Source: the human T2T-CHM13v2.0 reference genome, Homo sapiens
Strand: one strand, 5' to 3'
Assembly (NCBI RefSeq): GCF_009914755.1
Contig: NC_060937.1
DNA length: 64,000 bases
The translations under genes and the position numbers were made by a program. Shown one piece after another: positions 1 to 14,567 of this stretch. How positions within the stretch are numbered: position 1 is the stretch's first letter; every line of letters starts with the position of its first letter. A model generated the notes under the pieces. The model worked only from the letters and a program-made list of their open reading frames with translations, made no database searches and was not told the DNA's origin.

Positions 1-259
1 CAAACTTGAATTGTGATGATCAAGAAAAAAAATGTTTACCTTGCAAAGAAATACAGATCTGCCCACTGTCATGAGACAGTGGCTTCCCATTAGCTCTGTT
101 TTAGATCATTTCTAAATTTACTAGATTGTAAAATCTCATTATGAAAGCCTAGACAGGGTGATGTATGTGGAGTTCTGTTTATAATTAACACCTTATAGAA
201 TGTAATGTTTTTAACCAATGAATTTTTAAACAAAAGAAAAAGGGATTTTCAACTAATAA

Positions 260-566
260 AAGTCCCTCCCTCACCTCAGAGGTCACCTTCTCAGGGCGAC
301 CTGCCCTGGTGATGCTATCCAGCATTGCAGTCCCCACCCCCAACCTGGCATGCCCCAACTTCCTTTCCTTCTTAACTTCTCCCCTTAGCACTGATCACCA
401 CCGAATACACTAGATAGTACCATTTTCTCTAAATCCATCTTCTAATATTAGAATATAAACTCCATGGGGGCAGGGATATTTGTCTATTTTTTTCCCTGCC
501 CTGTCTCCTGTGCCCAGAACACTGCCTGTTACATAGTCATTGCTTAAACGATATTTGTTGAATGAA
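260..566 (+). mobile_element. L2 LINE 3' end relic
   Basis: ctccatgggggcagggatatttgtct...gtgcccagaacactgcctg...atatttgttgaatgaa, typical L2 3' terminus. Confidence 0.7.
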
Positions 567-846
567 AAAGGGAATGGTTCTAGTTTTGAGAAATTCTTTT
601 ATATATTTTAGCTGTTATGATAATGTTCATCCTTCTCTTTGCTATCTATTTGGTAAGAGGAATGAAATTTTAGAGCAGTGTCCTGCTCGATATACCCTCA
701 AGATTTTAGAGCAGGGTATGCAGTGTATTAATTCTTTGTTTTCTTTGCCATTTATTAAAATAGTGTGTATTTTGTGCAGGAGATCAACAATTAGTAGAAT
801 GCAGTCCTTTCTTATAGTGGGGGAGACAGCTATATGTACAGATATA

Positions 847-1211
847 CAGATGGTCTTTGACTTTTGATGGTTTGACTTAAGATTTTTCAAATTTACGGTG
901 GCAAAAGCAATACATATTTAGTGGAAAACATACTTTGAATGCCCATACAACTATTCTGTTTTTCACTTTCAGTACAGTACTCGATAAATTATATGAGATA
1001 TCCAACACTGTATTATAAAATAGGCTTCATGTTAGATGATTTTGTCCAACTGTAGACAAAATGTGAGTGTTCTGAGCACATGTAAAGTAGGCAAAGCTAA
1101 GCCGTGATATTTGGCAGGTTAGGCGTATTAAATGCATTTTCAGCTTATGATATTTTTAGCTTTCTATGGGTTTAAGAGGATGTAATGCCATTGTAAGTTG
1201 AGGAGCATCTG
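847..1211 (-). mobile_element. MER47A-like Tigger (TcMar) MITE, full length
   Basis: Termini cagatgg.../...gagcatctg flanked by TA on both sides; ~365 bp; homologous to copy at 48623-48978. Confidence 0.8.
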
Positions 1212-2124
1212 TATATGGTATACAACCATGCATGCAAATATATATGGTAATGGATACATGCTGTCACAGAAACAAACATAGCGGGCACTCTTGAGCAGAT
1301 ATGGAAGGCTTCCAGAGAGGGTCACATTGAGCTGAGTATTGAAATGTGGTTAATGACAGTCGTGCACCAGGAAAAGGATAGCATTCTAGCAGGACTGAAC
1401 TGCACAATGGCTTTGGCATTTCCTCCTAGTACTCTGCTATGAAGCGTCCACTGAATTCATGGAACTTAGTTCTCATAGAAATTATCTTGATGTTTTTGTT
1501 AGACTGTCTACAACAGGAAAGATGAACTAGAAAATTTACTGAGTTGTTTATACTCTTATTATGATCAAATAAGTGTTTTTGAATTAAATATATATAAAAT
1601 TAGAGTCATTATTGTCTTAAGGTACATAGTGGAAAACTCAATAATAGTTGAAGGAAGCTGATTTGTTTGCATTGCTGTGTTTTGGACATAGAGAATTATT
1701 ACTGGGGTAATGTGTTTTGTTTTAAAGAGTAATTTGGCTTAGGTATTGCTATTCTTCAGAATATGATTTCTGCCATTTTTAAACCCTATTATTCTTACAG
1801 CTTCATGTCTTCTGTCAGGTCTTCACATCATTTATCAAAATTTCCATCCTGAGGATGATAAAAGTTCAGGTATCTCATTCCAAATTGGTTGTGAAAATTA
1901 CCTAGATTTCATCTTCCTGTTTTCCTTCAAATAAAGGAAATATTTGCAAACTTTTTATTTATCAGTGACATAGTAAAATAACTATTAAGATATGATTTGA
2001 AAGAATCCACATGGAAGGGCAAGAAAGACACCCTTGCCCTACCTTGGCATACAGGCTATAACTTACCTGTTTATTTCCTAACCCAAATGATGTATCAAAA
2101 CAGGCCACTGTCTGTATTGTATCT

Positions 2125-2180
2125 ATCCGTCCATCCATCCATCCATCCATCCATCCATCCATCCATGCATCCACTCATCC
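2125..2180. repeat. (ATCC)n microsatellite
   Basis: ccatccatccatcc... array. Confidence 0.95.
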
Positions 2181-5100
2181 CCTAACAACTTGAATATAGA
2201 TCCTATTTATGTGCTGGACTTACAAAGACTAATGAAACACGTCTACATTTTAGCTGTTCACTATCTAGTGTGGTTATCTAATGTTGAAGAAAAGCTAGAG
2301 ACATGCTTCTAATAAATGCATAATTTAATTTAGCAAAACAGTTTTTGGAAAAATAGAATTGGAATTTGAAAGTGTGTGCCACTCATGAAATAAGGGTTAC
2401 GTGGGGCTTTGTTTCACATGGAGCATGAGAGTGGCAATGTGTAGTAATGGAGATTAAGTTAGTACAGCAAACAGGCCTTTATGCCTTTTATACTTACTAA
2501 TTGTGTGATAATAAAGGAGTTATGTAACATATTAAAACCTCAGTTTCCTAATTTTAAAATTGAGATACATTCATGTGGTTGGATTGCTATACAGATTAAA
2601 CGAGATAACTGCAAGTGAGCTTTGATTTACTTCTTGTTTTTTCATACTTTTTCCTGTGTTAGTCGTGTTTCTGCAGTTTGTTAAATTCATGTGTACATTT
2701 TCTAGTGGTGTTTGAAGGTGTAATAATCCTTCCAATTTGTTAATACATTTAGAATAGTGCTTTTGGGGCTAGAAGATTGGTGGTGACCATGCTGTCACAT
2801 TGTTTCTCACTGTTCTAAAGTGAAAGAACTTTATAATGAAAATATTTATTTCATCATGAAAGTGTGTCTCTTGGGACCCAGGACATCAATGAATATGAGA
2901 TCTAAGTGTAAAAGTGCACTAAGGACTTGGCGCAACTTCCACTATCATTATTTTTGCACCATTGTTAATCTGTATATAAAATAACTTTTTCTTTCCTTAA
3001 ATCTTTCAGAAGCCCCTTTGAAACTTAGCCCTTAACAGATTTGTCAACTCATGCCTGTTGCTGCTGCTAGCTTATTTAGTCTACTGAAAGGTTATTTATT
3101 AATGTCTACAGGTTGCTGGAGCCACTAACTGAAACTTAAGAAAGGTGCAGTTGGGGACTCTTTTAAGCCTCATGCCATGATGGATGTTCATCCAGTCATC
3201 ATGGTTACCATGGCAAGCACTGGCTGCTACCTGTTTCAGCAGCTTCCTCCTACTCTTTCCTATTTTCAGACTGCTATCTACATTTTACAAGCTCATTGTC
3301 ACCTTGTTTCTGCCAGTGTTACCTAATTCCATCCTTGATTTCTATGCTTCTAATTGAACTTTCCTGTTTTTATTTTTAAAGGCACCAAATCTCCAGAACA
3401 GTCTTAAACAATGTTATAATACCATAAGCTTTAACTATCATACAATAATAGCCTTTTCCTTTTTAATATAGCCCACTTTCAATGTGATTCTACTTTCCAT
3501 TTGGGATTGTTGCGTGTAATCCTCTTATAGCCTTTTTCTGGAAATTCCAGATGGTGTTTGTAAATATTGTGCAAGTGTATTTTGTAAATAAATTCCTCAA
3601 AATTTAGTCTATGATTTTTTAAAAAAACCGAAGTCTGTAGGCACCAAGACACCAACTTAAGTTTTTAAAAATCACTTAACAAGTAAAATCATTTCTCATG
3701 TTGTTTGCAGCCTGTGTAACAGACTGCTGTGTTTGTTGGATAGGAGACAGCTCAATTCTTTATTGGCGTAAAGAATAAAAGAATTATTACACAGAGAGAA
3801 ATTCCATGTATGCTATATTTGTATGTGCAGCTGATCTAAAGTAGTGATTCATTTTCTATTACCTGTCATATTCTTGTCACGCAAACTTTCTGTACTGGCC
3901 TTTTGGATAATGGCCAATTGAAGAGAGAAAAGAAAATCAACCCCCAACATAGAGCTGGAGGGAGAAAGACACAGTATTTATATCAGGAGAGTGTTGTGTA
4001 AGAAAACATCGTAACCCTCTTTTTTATTGCCCATTTTCCAGAAATCTTACTGCTATTCAAGTTTAGGTTAACCACTTTTTGTCTGCAGTTGGGTCTATTT
4101 TTACTTTGTTTCTATGTCTTGTGACCATAATGTTTTAACATATAATGTTGGGAATGTAATTATTTTACCACAAATAATTTATGGCTCTTTTCCAAGAATA
4201 TATAAGCAACAGAATATTGGTTTAAAAAAAGTACTGTTTAGATTTTTTTCTTTCTACAGATGTGACAGTGTAATTCATCCAAGGGAAGCTGCTTGAATCT
4301 GCTAATTAAAATGACTTGTTATAGCTCCAATTTCTGTAGGATAAGAAAGAAGTTATATAAGTTATTGGAAGTTATGGGTTCTTATTTCTTAAACATGCTG
4401 TAAAATGTGTCTGTGTGTAATTTTTTTCTTTCAGTAGTTCATAGCTGAGATTTTTATCCTGTTAAATGAAAGCCCTCAAAGATTTTCTTCATCACCTTTT
4501 ATAGAATATAGAATTATGCATCACTTTCTCTTCATAATGTTTACTTACTTTCTTTTGGCAGTTTGGTTTAGATATTCTTCTTGGTACTTTCAAATTGCTC
4601 ATATTTGTAATAATTCTTCCACTAGACCATTAATAAATTCTGTAACATAGCCCCTGAGAGACTGGATAGTGTATAAAAAGACTAAAAGCTGCTTTATTAT
4701 TCTGCCCATATTATGAATTTCACAACATTTGTAAAAATAACAGTATGTTTTCCTGATTGGTTTAGATCTCCACTTTATTAATACTTAAAATACTTAATAT
4801 ATTAATACTTAGAATACTTAAACATGAGTTGCAAACTTCAGAGCAGAAAAACATCATTAGAGAAAGTCTGGTATCAGAACCTTGGAAAGCTTCATGAAGC
4901 TTTACTATTGATTATTACTGGTGACACTACCTTAATGTTTCAATAGCAAGAAAGAATAAAGTCATTTATCCAAGATATAAAAAAGGATCAATAGTATGGT
5001 CATACAAGGAATGACAAATACAGTTTTCTGAATATTATCCATCTGAAGCAGAATAGAAATTGGAAAATAACTTTTACTATGCTTGGCCCTGGCCTTGAAC

Positions 5101-5628
5101 TTTTATCTGGTTAATGGAAAAGTTAGAGTGATTTAGGTCAGCCTATTTAGAAACATCTTAGACTGGTTTGTCTTTGGTTGAAGGCATTCATATTCTCTTC
5201 TGTCTAAAGAAAATAAAAGAGACAGCTGACCATCCAGATTTAAAGGCTGTCTACTTCCATTCCAACCAAATAGAATTAGGATAAAAATATCCAGCTATAA
5301 TGTGAGCTGCAAGGGTAGTTTGGGGTTATTTCATCAGCAATCTAAGTGATTTTTCTGATTCCAGCCCTGCTTCCCCCTAGTTCTTTCTCTACAGTTAAAA
5401 TGATCTGTTTATTTCTTTAAAAGAGAAATATTTTGGGGAAAATGAATGGAAAAGTAAAAAGAAGATAATAGTCTTTCATAGTCCCACCATCCAGAATTAA
5501 ATAGTATGAACATCTTGTTATATAGTTGCTCCTATTCTTGTTTTTATTTTCTGGAACTAAAATTACTCTGTTCTTTTTGCAAATATAAATATGATACATC
5601 AAAGAATCAAAAGAAGTGTAGTAAGTAC

Positions 5629-6125
5629 TGCATCAGTGAGCTTTCAATGTTGGAAGCAAAATATTTTAGGCGTTTTAAGCAGAAAGGGATTTAATTCAGG
5701 GAATTGCCTTCTTAAAAAATTCCTGAGAGGTCGGGATGTGTGAAAATCAGAGGCTGCCACTGGACTGTAAGTGTTAAGTTGCCATCTAGAGGTCAGGAGG
5801 CCGCTCCTATTACTGGTAGCACTGCTGCCACTGCCATAGCTGTCTCATACCTACAGGGCTGGTGACTAGATGCCGGAATATGGATTCTGGTCACTGCAAA
5901 CACATACTTCTGTTGGACCTTGTTTTCTGGCTACCTGTTAACAGCTAAAAGATGGCCTTTACTTCACTTTCACCTTTCAAATCTAGTGCATCTGATTGGC
6001 AGAACTCAAATCACATCCAGAACCTATGGGAGTCTGGGAAATGGAGTTTTTAGCTTTCCTGCCCATGTGCTCTGAGGGGTTGGGCGGGGGACATGGGGGA
6101 TGCACATGGATGCCAGATGCCAACA
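5629..6125. mobile_element. Old MaLR (MLT1-type) LTR, degenerate
   Basis: aagcagaaagggatttaatt... and tctgattggcagaac...ctgggaaatggagtttttagctttc motifs. Confidence 0.45.
5778..5795 (-). promoter_or_regulatory. Candidate CTCF motif
   Basis: Reverse complement TGACCTCTAGATGGCAAC resembles the CTCF core CC(A/T)C(C/T)AG(A/G)(G/T)GGC(A/G). Confidence 0.4.
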
Positions 6126-6341
6126 GATAATACCAAACTGAAGCATAAAACTGAAAACTCTAAAAAAACCTTGAAATTCCACTTGCCAGAAATAACTCTA
6201 ATTAACATTAGGGGTACTTCATTCCAGACATACTTTCTATGCATATAGACAGATAGACAAAAATACCTTAAGAATTAGGTTCATACAATAGATATTTTAA
6301 AAGTAATTCATTTTACTTTAACATACTGACAGAATGACTGA

Positions 6342-6707
<366 letters not shown>

Positions 6708-6709
6708 TA

Positions 6710-6972
6710 AAAATATATGTACAAAGTTATGGAGTATATGCACAAAGTTATTTGTATATTTTTAAAAAATATATACAAAGTTATGGGTATATGTACAAAG
6801 TTATGGGGTATATGTGCAATTTCATTACATGCACAGATTGCATAGTGATCAACTCAGGGCTTTTAGGGTATACATCACCCAGATAATATACAGTGTACCC
6901 ACTAACCAATTTCTCATCATCCATTCCCCTCCTACCCTCTCGCCCCTCCAAGCCTCCGTTGTCTCATTTCAC
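6710..6972 (-). mobile_element. L1MA-type 3' end fragment with local tandem amplification (tatgtacaaagttatgg x4)
   Basis: tacatgcacagattgcatagtg...cagggcttttagggtatacatcaccc, typical L1MA 3' UTR in reverse. Confidence 0.75.
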
Positions 6973-8601
6973 TAAAAGAGGGATATTCTTAAAGAAACCT
7001 CTAGGTTTAAGAACAGAGTAAAAAAATGATTTCAGTTGCTTTGGTCAGTGGGTTTTTTTGCTCTTCACCCCCATTCCAGTTTAGGTGTGCTCCCTTGACC
7101 TACTAGGAAAGATGAACTATTCTCACTCACGGAGTTCATCCCTGTCCCCTCCCACCACCTCCTAACTTTGTATGATCATGTCGACCTTTTGTTTTGTAAC
7201 CATAATGCTAACTTTAAAAATTATTTTTATTTGAATGTATTCAGCACTCACCATAAGTCATTTTACCACAGTTTGTGCACTTCTGAGTTCTTTATTTTTG
7301 ACTCTGTTCTTAATTACTTGTATTTCATTGTTAAGTAGTACTTCCAAGAATGGTGCATGGGTGTTTTTTGAGTTCTTTGAGGTTTGAAAATGTCTGCTTG
7401 TTGTTTTTAATACACAAATAACTTGGCTAAATATGACACTCTTTGGTCCCATTTTCCTTCCACTTTCTTTTGACTTTTTTATTGTGGAAAAACCTGAGGT
7501 CAGCCTGATTTTCTCACGTTGCTTTTTCAATCAGGATAACCTGAAAAATTCTTTCTTTATCTTTGAAGTTCAATAATTTAATGTCTTTGTTTTCACTATA
7601 CCCAAATACAAAATTAAATTGCTACTTAACATGGTAATTTAGATTTCTTCCTCATCTGTTGGTGCCCTTTTTATTGTATGCTTTTTGATGTGGTGCATTC
7701 TACAGAATAGTTAATGTTTGTTAGATCAAATGTAAGAGTGTTACAGAAGGCATTTAACTGCACGATTCCAGATTCACTCTATACTTTATGAGGTGCTGAG
7801 TTTCGTACCATATAGGTGGATGAGCACTTGTGGTTATGAGATGGATTTCTGCCCCCTGGGAGAGAAGTTCCTTCCCAGCTTTGTTATTCCTTAATGAGTA
7901 TATTATGACTTCCAGTATAAGCTCATACCTAGGCCGTATTCTAGTGAAATTTTTTGAGTGGTCATTATGTTTGGTGTAATGAAATGAATGAACTGTTTCC
8001 GTTTCTTGGTCATAATCTCTTGAAAACTAACTTCTGAATTCATTTTACAGAAATCTTCCTCGAAGAGTTTTAGATTCGGAAAAGGCTACTAAATATGACA
8101 ATTGTGAATGAAGGAAAAATCAAGTCTACAATATTATATTAGAGTATAACAAATAATCTTTGTGACTATTTATTTGCCTGTCCTACTTTTTTTTTTCTTG
8201 AAATCTGTAAGCTCCAGGTTTCCAGGCATTTTCTGATAAGTATACCAATTTTAACTGTTATTTAAGCTTTCCTCGGAAGATTTTTATCTCATTATTTATC
8301 CGAGTTTTATATATTACAGCTTTTTATAAGATTTTATTTGAAAAAAGAGGCTTTATTGAATTTAATAGTTTAGAACTATGAATCTAAGTTCATATCACTT
8401 TACAGGCGAGGAAACTAAGAATCAGAGAAGTAAGTGACCTAGCCCAGCCCAGCCAGTAAGTCACAGAGCCTGACTCCTAATTTTTATGCTTCTTTAGCCA
8501 AACAATACTGGGAAATGAAAGCTTGGATTATTCTTTGTTCAAAATTTACCATGCTATATACATATTTTTTAATATTAGAGATACATTTTATTTTGAAATA
8601 A

Positions 8602-9550
<949 letters not shown>

Positions 9551-10974
9551 TCAATCCTCATTGCTATCCTCATTCCATGTAGTCTCTCACACCTCCTGTT
9601 GGGCTGCACACGTATCCTTCTTGCTCTGCTTGGACTCTGACACTGGCACTGGCTCATGAGGAGACCTGCATTACCCTTCTGGGCATTTGACACCCCACAC
9701 TTGTCTACCTTGCTCAGTCTCACCTAATGGCTTTTGGGTTGAGTTATTAAAGAAGGGAAAACATCTTACATGTTTATTGATAGCAATAATAGCAAAAGTA
9801 AAGCTATTTTAAAAGAGTATTTTTCTAGACCTTACAATTGTATTTTTAATGACCTTCTTTATGTCCTTAGGATTTTCATATTCTTTACTTAGTGTTTATT
9901 CTCATGTTGTTTGCCTTATTATCCCAAATTATATTCAGCCATCAATTTCTATTACAGGATTTTTCCTTCCCCAGAGTTAATACATTTCCAAGACAAAGAC
10001 CCATTTTCTTTTGAACTTTAGTTTATGGTACAGTGATTTTGCTTGAGGTCATGGATGATTGGATCTCACTGCTTGTCCTGCAGTAGAAATAATGTTTGTA
10101 AAATAATGCTAGGTTGCTCCAAGTAGTCAGTATTTTCAAGTCACCATTTTCACCAGGTTCTAGAATGCTGTCTAAATTTATTAAGAGAAAGGCACTCCAT
10201 ATTGACATTTCTTGTAGAAGGTTAGATGCCCCTTCTGTGGACATCAGTAATACTCTGTATTTCCCTTTCCTTTACATGTACAAATTGCATTGTCAATTTA
10301 TATTTGTTTCCCCACTAAAGCCTCCAAACCTTGCTTGTTTTGTTTAAGTATCCCTGGGGCTCATCACAGGGCCTGTTGAAGTTCTTTTGAAATGAATTGA
10401 AGAATGTGAATAATAGTTCTAGTTCTTCGGGATAATGGAAAGCTAATAAGGTTTATGCTAGAGGCTCTTACTGCTGGGACTCTCTTCCTGTTTTTGGTTT
10501 TTAGGAAAAAAGCTAGAAAATCCAACTTCAGCTAGAGTAACAGTAGTAACTGACTTGAAAGTATGTCAAAACAAAAACTGTTAAGGTCATGAGGATTTTA
10601 AAAGATTAGTGAATATAAATGAAGATGTTTAAAGATGACACTGTTAGTAAATATGCTGCCAGTGGTCAGCATTTTAAAATGTGTGTGAAGCAAAAAACAA
10701 AAACAAAAACACAAAAAAAGAGGGAGAGAGATTTGCTTCGTGCTTCAAGGAACTTGCAACTTAAATGATGAGAAATCCAGAGGGGTGGTGATGCGAGGGT
10801 GTGGTGATACTGTAAGTAGTGGTATGTCGGAAGGTCATTGAAACTCTTTTTTCCGCTTGTAAAATGGTGACATGCTCTCCTCTTTCTGTTTTATTCAGCT
10901 GCGAGGCTCAAATGGAGAACTTTTAAAAACCATAGTTATACAAATGCAAGTTTGGGTTATTTTACTATTTGGTA

Positions 10975-11140
10975 ATGCAGGAAGTTCTGGCGGGGTTCCT
11001 GGCGCCATTTTATCTAGCGCCGCCGCTGTAGGCGTGGAAGTACCTTCCCTGCCCTGGGGTATAGCGGAAGTTTGGATGCGGGCTGAACTGGGCTTCGGGT
11101 TGGACTGGGCTTCTGTGGCTTCCCTGAGCAACTCGTTGCT
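10975..11140. promoter_or_regulatory. Small CpG-rich element with YY1 and three ETS motifs (candidate intronic promoter/enhancer)
   Basis: 10 CpGs in ~160 bp; GGCGCCATTTT 11001-11011; CAGGAAGT 10978, TGGAAGT 11035, GCGGAAGT 11064. Confidence 0.55.
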
Positions 11141-13400
11141 TCTTGAGGACCCATGTCTGGGTCACTAACCCACCCACTAATCTTTTCCCTTTAGGGAGCC
11201 CAAGCTACTAGGACAGACAACTTAACCTCTGTCTTTAAAAGCTTTTAAAGAAATATTGAAAAAATGAAACAGGCTAAATAAAAAGAGAGAGAAGAGAAAA
11301 AGTACTCCTGGAAACCAACGATATTTTCTCAAGTATTGTACTTTGTAAGAAATAAAAGTGGAATTAGTGTTAAACCCACTTTCAAGAAGCATGAACGACA
11401 CGGGGATGGGCAGCATTCCTGCCCGTCTCTACCTGGAATGCAGGTAGAGACAGCGACCAAAAGTGACCTTTTACAGGTAGAGACAGCGACCAAAATATGA
11501 GAGCAAATTATGGTGAAGCCATAACTAGAAATTGATCACTAACCTTTAATCAGAATCTAGACATAATTATTGATATAAAATAACTCCTGGTCATCCATAT
11601 TCATGTAAATATATTCAATATTTAATATAAAAGACAATAGACATTTATACATATATGTCTTGCATCATAGTTTGTATACGCTTACAGATGCTTGCTCCAT
11701 AAAATTATTTTTAAAAATCACTTAAAAATTTTTTTTTGCCATGTTTATTCACAGGTATCTCTTGGAAGTTCTTTGCTGTTCATTTTATTGCTGTCCAAAT
11801 AGAAATAGTACAATCTGTTTTCTTTTTCTTTGATACTACATCTTAGGAAATGATCCCATCTGCTATTCAGTGTTGTATATAAGAGTGCTTGTGTGTTTTT
11901 AGTTTAGGTGTAAATATTTAAAACTACCAGATTTTTTTAAAGGAAGTTATTCACAATAGCCTCATTCATCTTAAAGAGTTTTATAATTAAAAATTTTAGG
12001 TAACTAGATCTATGTTTATATAGAGTTAACCTTAGTTATATGTATTACAATGTATTGCGTATTTTTAAACAAATGTTAAAATAACTTTGATGGCTATGTT
12101 TTATTTAACCTTTATATTTTTAGAATATAATTTTACAGTTAACAATATTCTTTATAGGTTGCTACAGCTAAGGATTAGACTTTTTTTTTTCCAGGCTAGT
12201 AGTATAAACGTGCTACTAGTTTATATACCCTTAATAATTTGGGTTGGTAGTGTCTGGCAAAATGACAAGGACTTTAATGCCACCTAGGTTCTAACCATAA
12301 CTAAGATGTATAGCAATTTGGAAAACAGATGTTAGTGGTTAATTTAATCTTGCTTTATTAACCTAGTGAAAAGTTTCATAATGATTGTTCTTAGTAAAAA
12401 AAAAAAAATTAATCCTATAAATAGATATGTATGCATTCTGGATTTCTGTTTTTGCTCATGATACTTTACATTGCTATTTTTATTCCTACTTTTAAACATG
12501 AAGCAGTTGTCCATTTTGAGTTACCCATTTTATGAATTGGCATATGATATAATATAAGAAAAAAATTTAAATTTAGGTTATGTTAATGCAGATGATATAA
12601 AAACAGCTGAGACATGCTAGATCATTACCTGAATTAATAGCTGGGGGATACTGACCAATGCAGTCTTTATAGGGCATGCGAAACCTCTTAGAATATAACT
12701 GAATATGTAAATCATAATTAATGTTACATTTCATGCTGGTGAAATGTAGGTGAGCAAAATAGTTTATGGATTCCCTTTCTCCCTTCCCCCTATGCTTCTC
12801 TCTCCCCAAAATGGCCGTCCTGCCTGTGAACCTCTCTAGAAGCTGCCCAGAAATGCCATGGTTCCATGGAATACACTCTGAGATACATTGCTGTAAAGGG
12901 AAAAGCCCAGTGATTGTGATTTGGAGTTTGTGGCAATAGGTAATTTGAAGGTTCTGACCATTCTCAAAATATGAGCAATAAGGCTGCTATGATATGGCAG
13001 ACCTACACTGTGAAATGTTAAAAGAAATGATTTAAGATGGTAGGTTTACAGCAGAGTAAGCCTATTATGTGGATGGAAAGGATTGTTTTTGGGGAAAAAT
13101 GTAAAGTAGAAATAACATTTTCAAAGAGAACAAAAAAACGAGCCAGAGTTTGATTCTAAGACATAATCTTGTGCTTTTTACTTGAAGCTAATATAGCCAG
13201 AATATTTAAGTTGAAATAATTGTTTTTAAAAAAATTATTCAACTCTTGGAAAATCCAGGTATGTTTGAAGTCCATAGTCTGAGTGATCTCTTTCCTCTAT
13301 GAATTTCTGTAACACTTAAGAAATATTTTTCCAAAGATATTTACTACATACTGATACTCATGCATGATGTCTGTATTTTTATCTAACCTATTAAACTAAG

Positions 13401-13706
<306 letters not shown>

Positions 13707-14513
13707 TAAGAGCAATAAAAACAGGGATCTTTCACTCATCTTTGTGTCAACCTTGTTGCCTAAAGTGTTGCTTTAGATATAATCAGATTCAGTAAGTGTT
13801 TATTATGAAGAAGTGAGCAAATTTCCTTGCCATTTCTCTTACTTTGCTGTCTCTACAATATTGGTATAAGGACAAGCCTGAAAGCTATGATAACTTTATT
13901 GTTACATGGTCAACCTGAAAATTTTATATTTTTATGGTTTTGTATACTGAGGAAAAAATTACTCTAACATATATCTTCCAACTATAATTTTTCTCAAGCA
14001 AACAACAAAAATCAGTTATAATATGTTCTTTTAAAATTGATTTTATACAAATGGATTTTTAGAGAAAGGAAACAGTTTTAATTAATAACAAAATAATTTG
14101 TCTTTGGCAAGATAGACTAACAGGGACTTTCTGCCTTAAAGAACTATTCTAAACAATGGTCTGTTTTCAGACCACAGGCAGCACATGACAGTGATCACTT
14201 AGAGAAAGAGGGAAAAGCAATGTAAGAAACAAACCTGGGTGTGAGCCCTCTGATTGTCCCAACTTGCTGCCTAGAGAGTTTTCAGACCACAGTGCTGGAG
14301 GGGAAACCCAAAGAATGCCCTATGGTCTTGTTGAGTTGAAGCAGCAGAGTTCAGAGTTTGAGGAGGCTAGAATTTGTGGGGGAAAATATGAGAGAGTTGG
14401 GAACCACACAGAAAGAAAGCTCTAGAGATCTGCTGTGTCGGCCTGAGTCTGTGGCCAAGAACTATTCTGTGCGTTAATGGGAGAAAATTGTTCGAGGAAA
14501 GAAATGCCAGAAG

Positions 14514-14518
<5 letters not shown>

Positions 14519-14565
<47 letters not shown>
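14519..14565. repeat. (CA)n microsatellite, ~23 units
   Basis: Perfect CA run. Confidence 0.97.

Positions 14566-14567
<2 letters not shown>

Noticed and set aside
63-82. CCACTGTC-atga-GACAGTGG hairpin
   Set aside because: An 8-bp stem is expected by chance in 64 kb; no supporting context.
6713-6815. Four spaced copies of tatgtacaaagttat, superficially repeat-spacer-like
   Set aside because: Eukaryotic DNA, no unique spacers or cas genes; local slippage of an L1 3' end.
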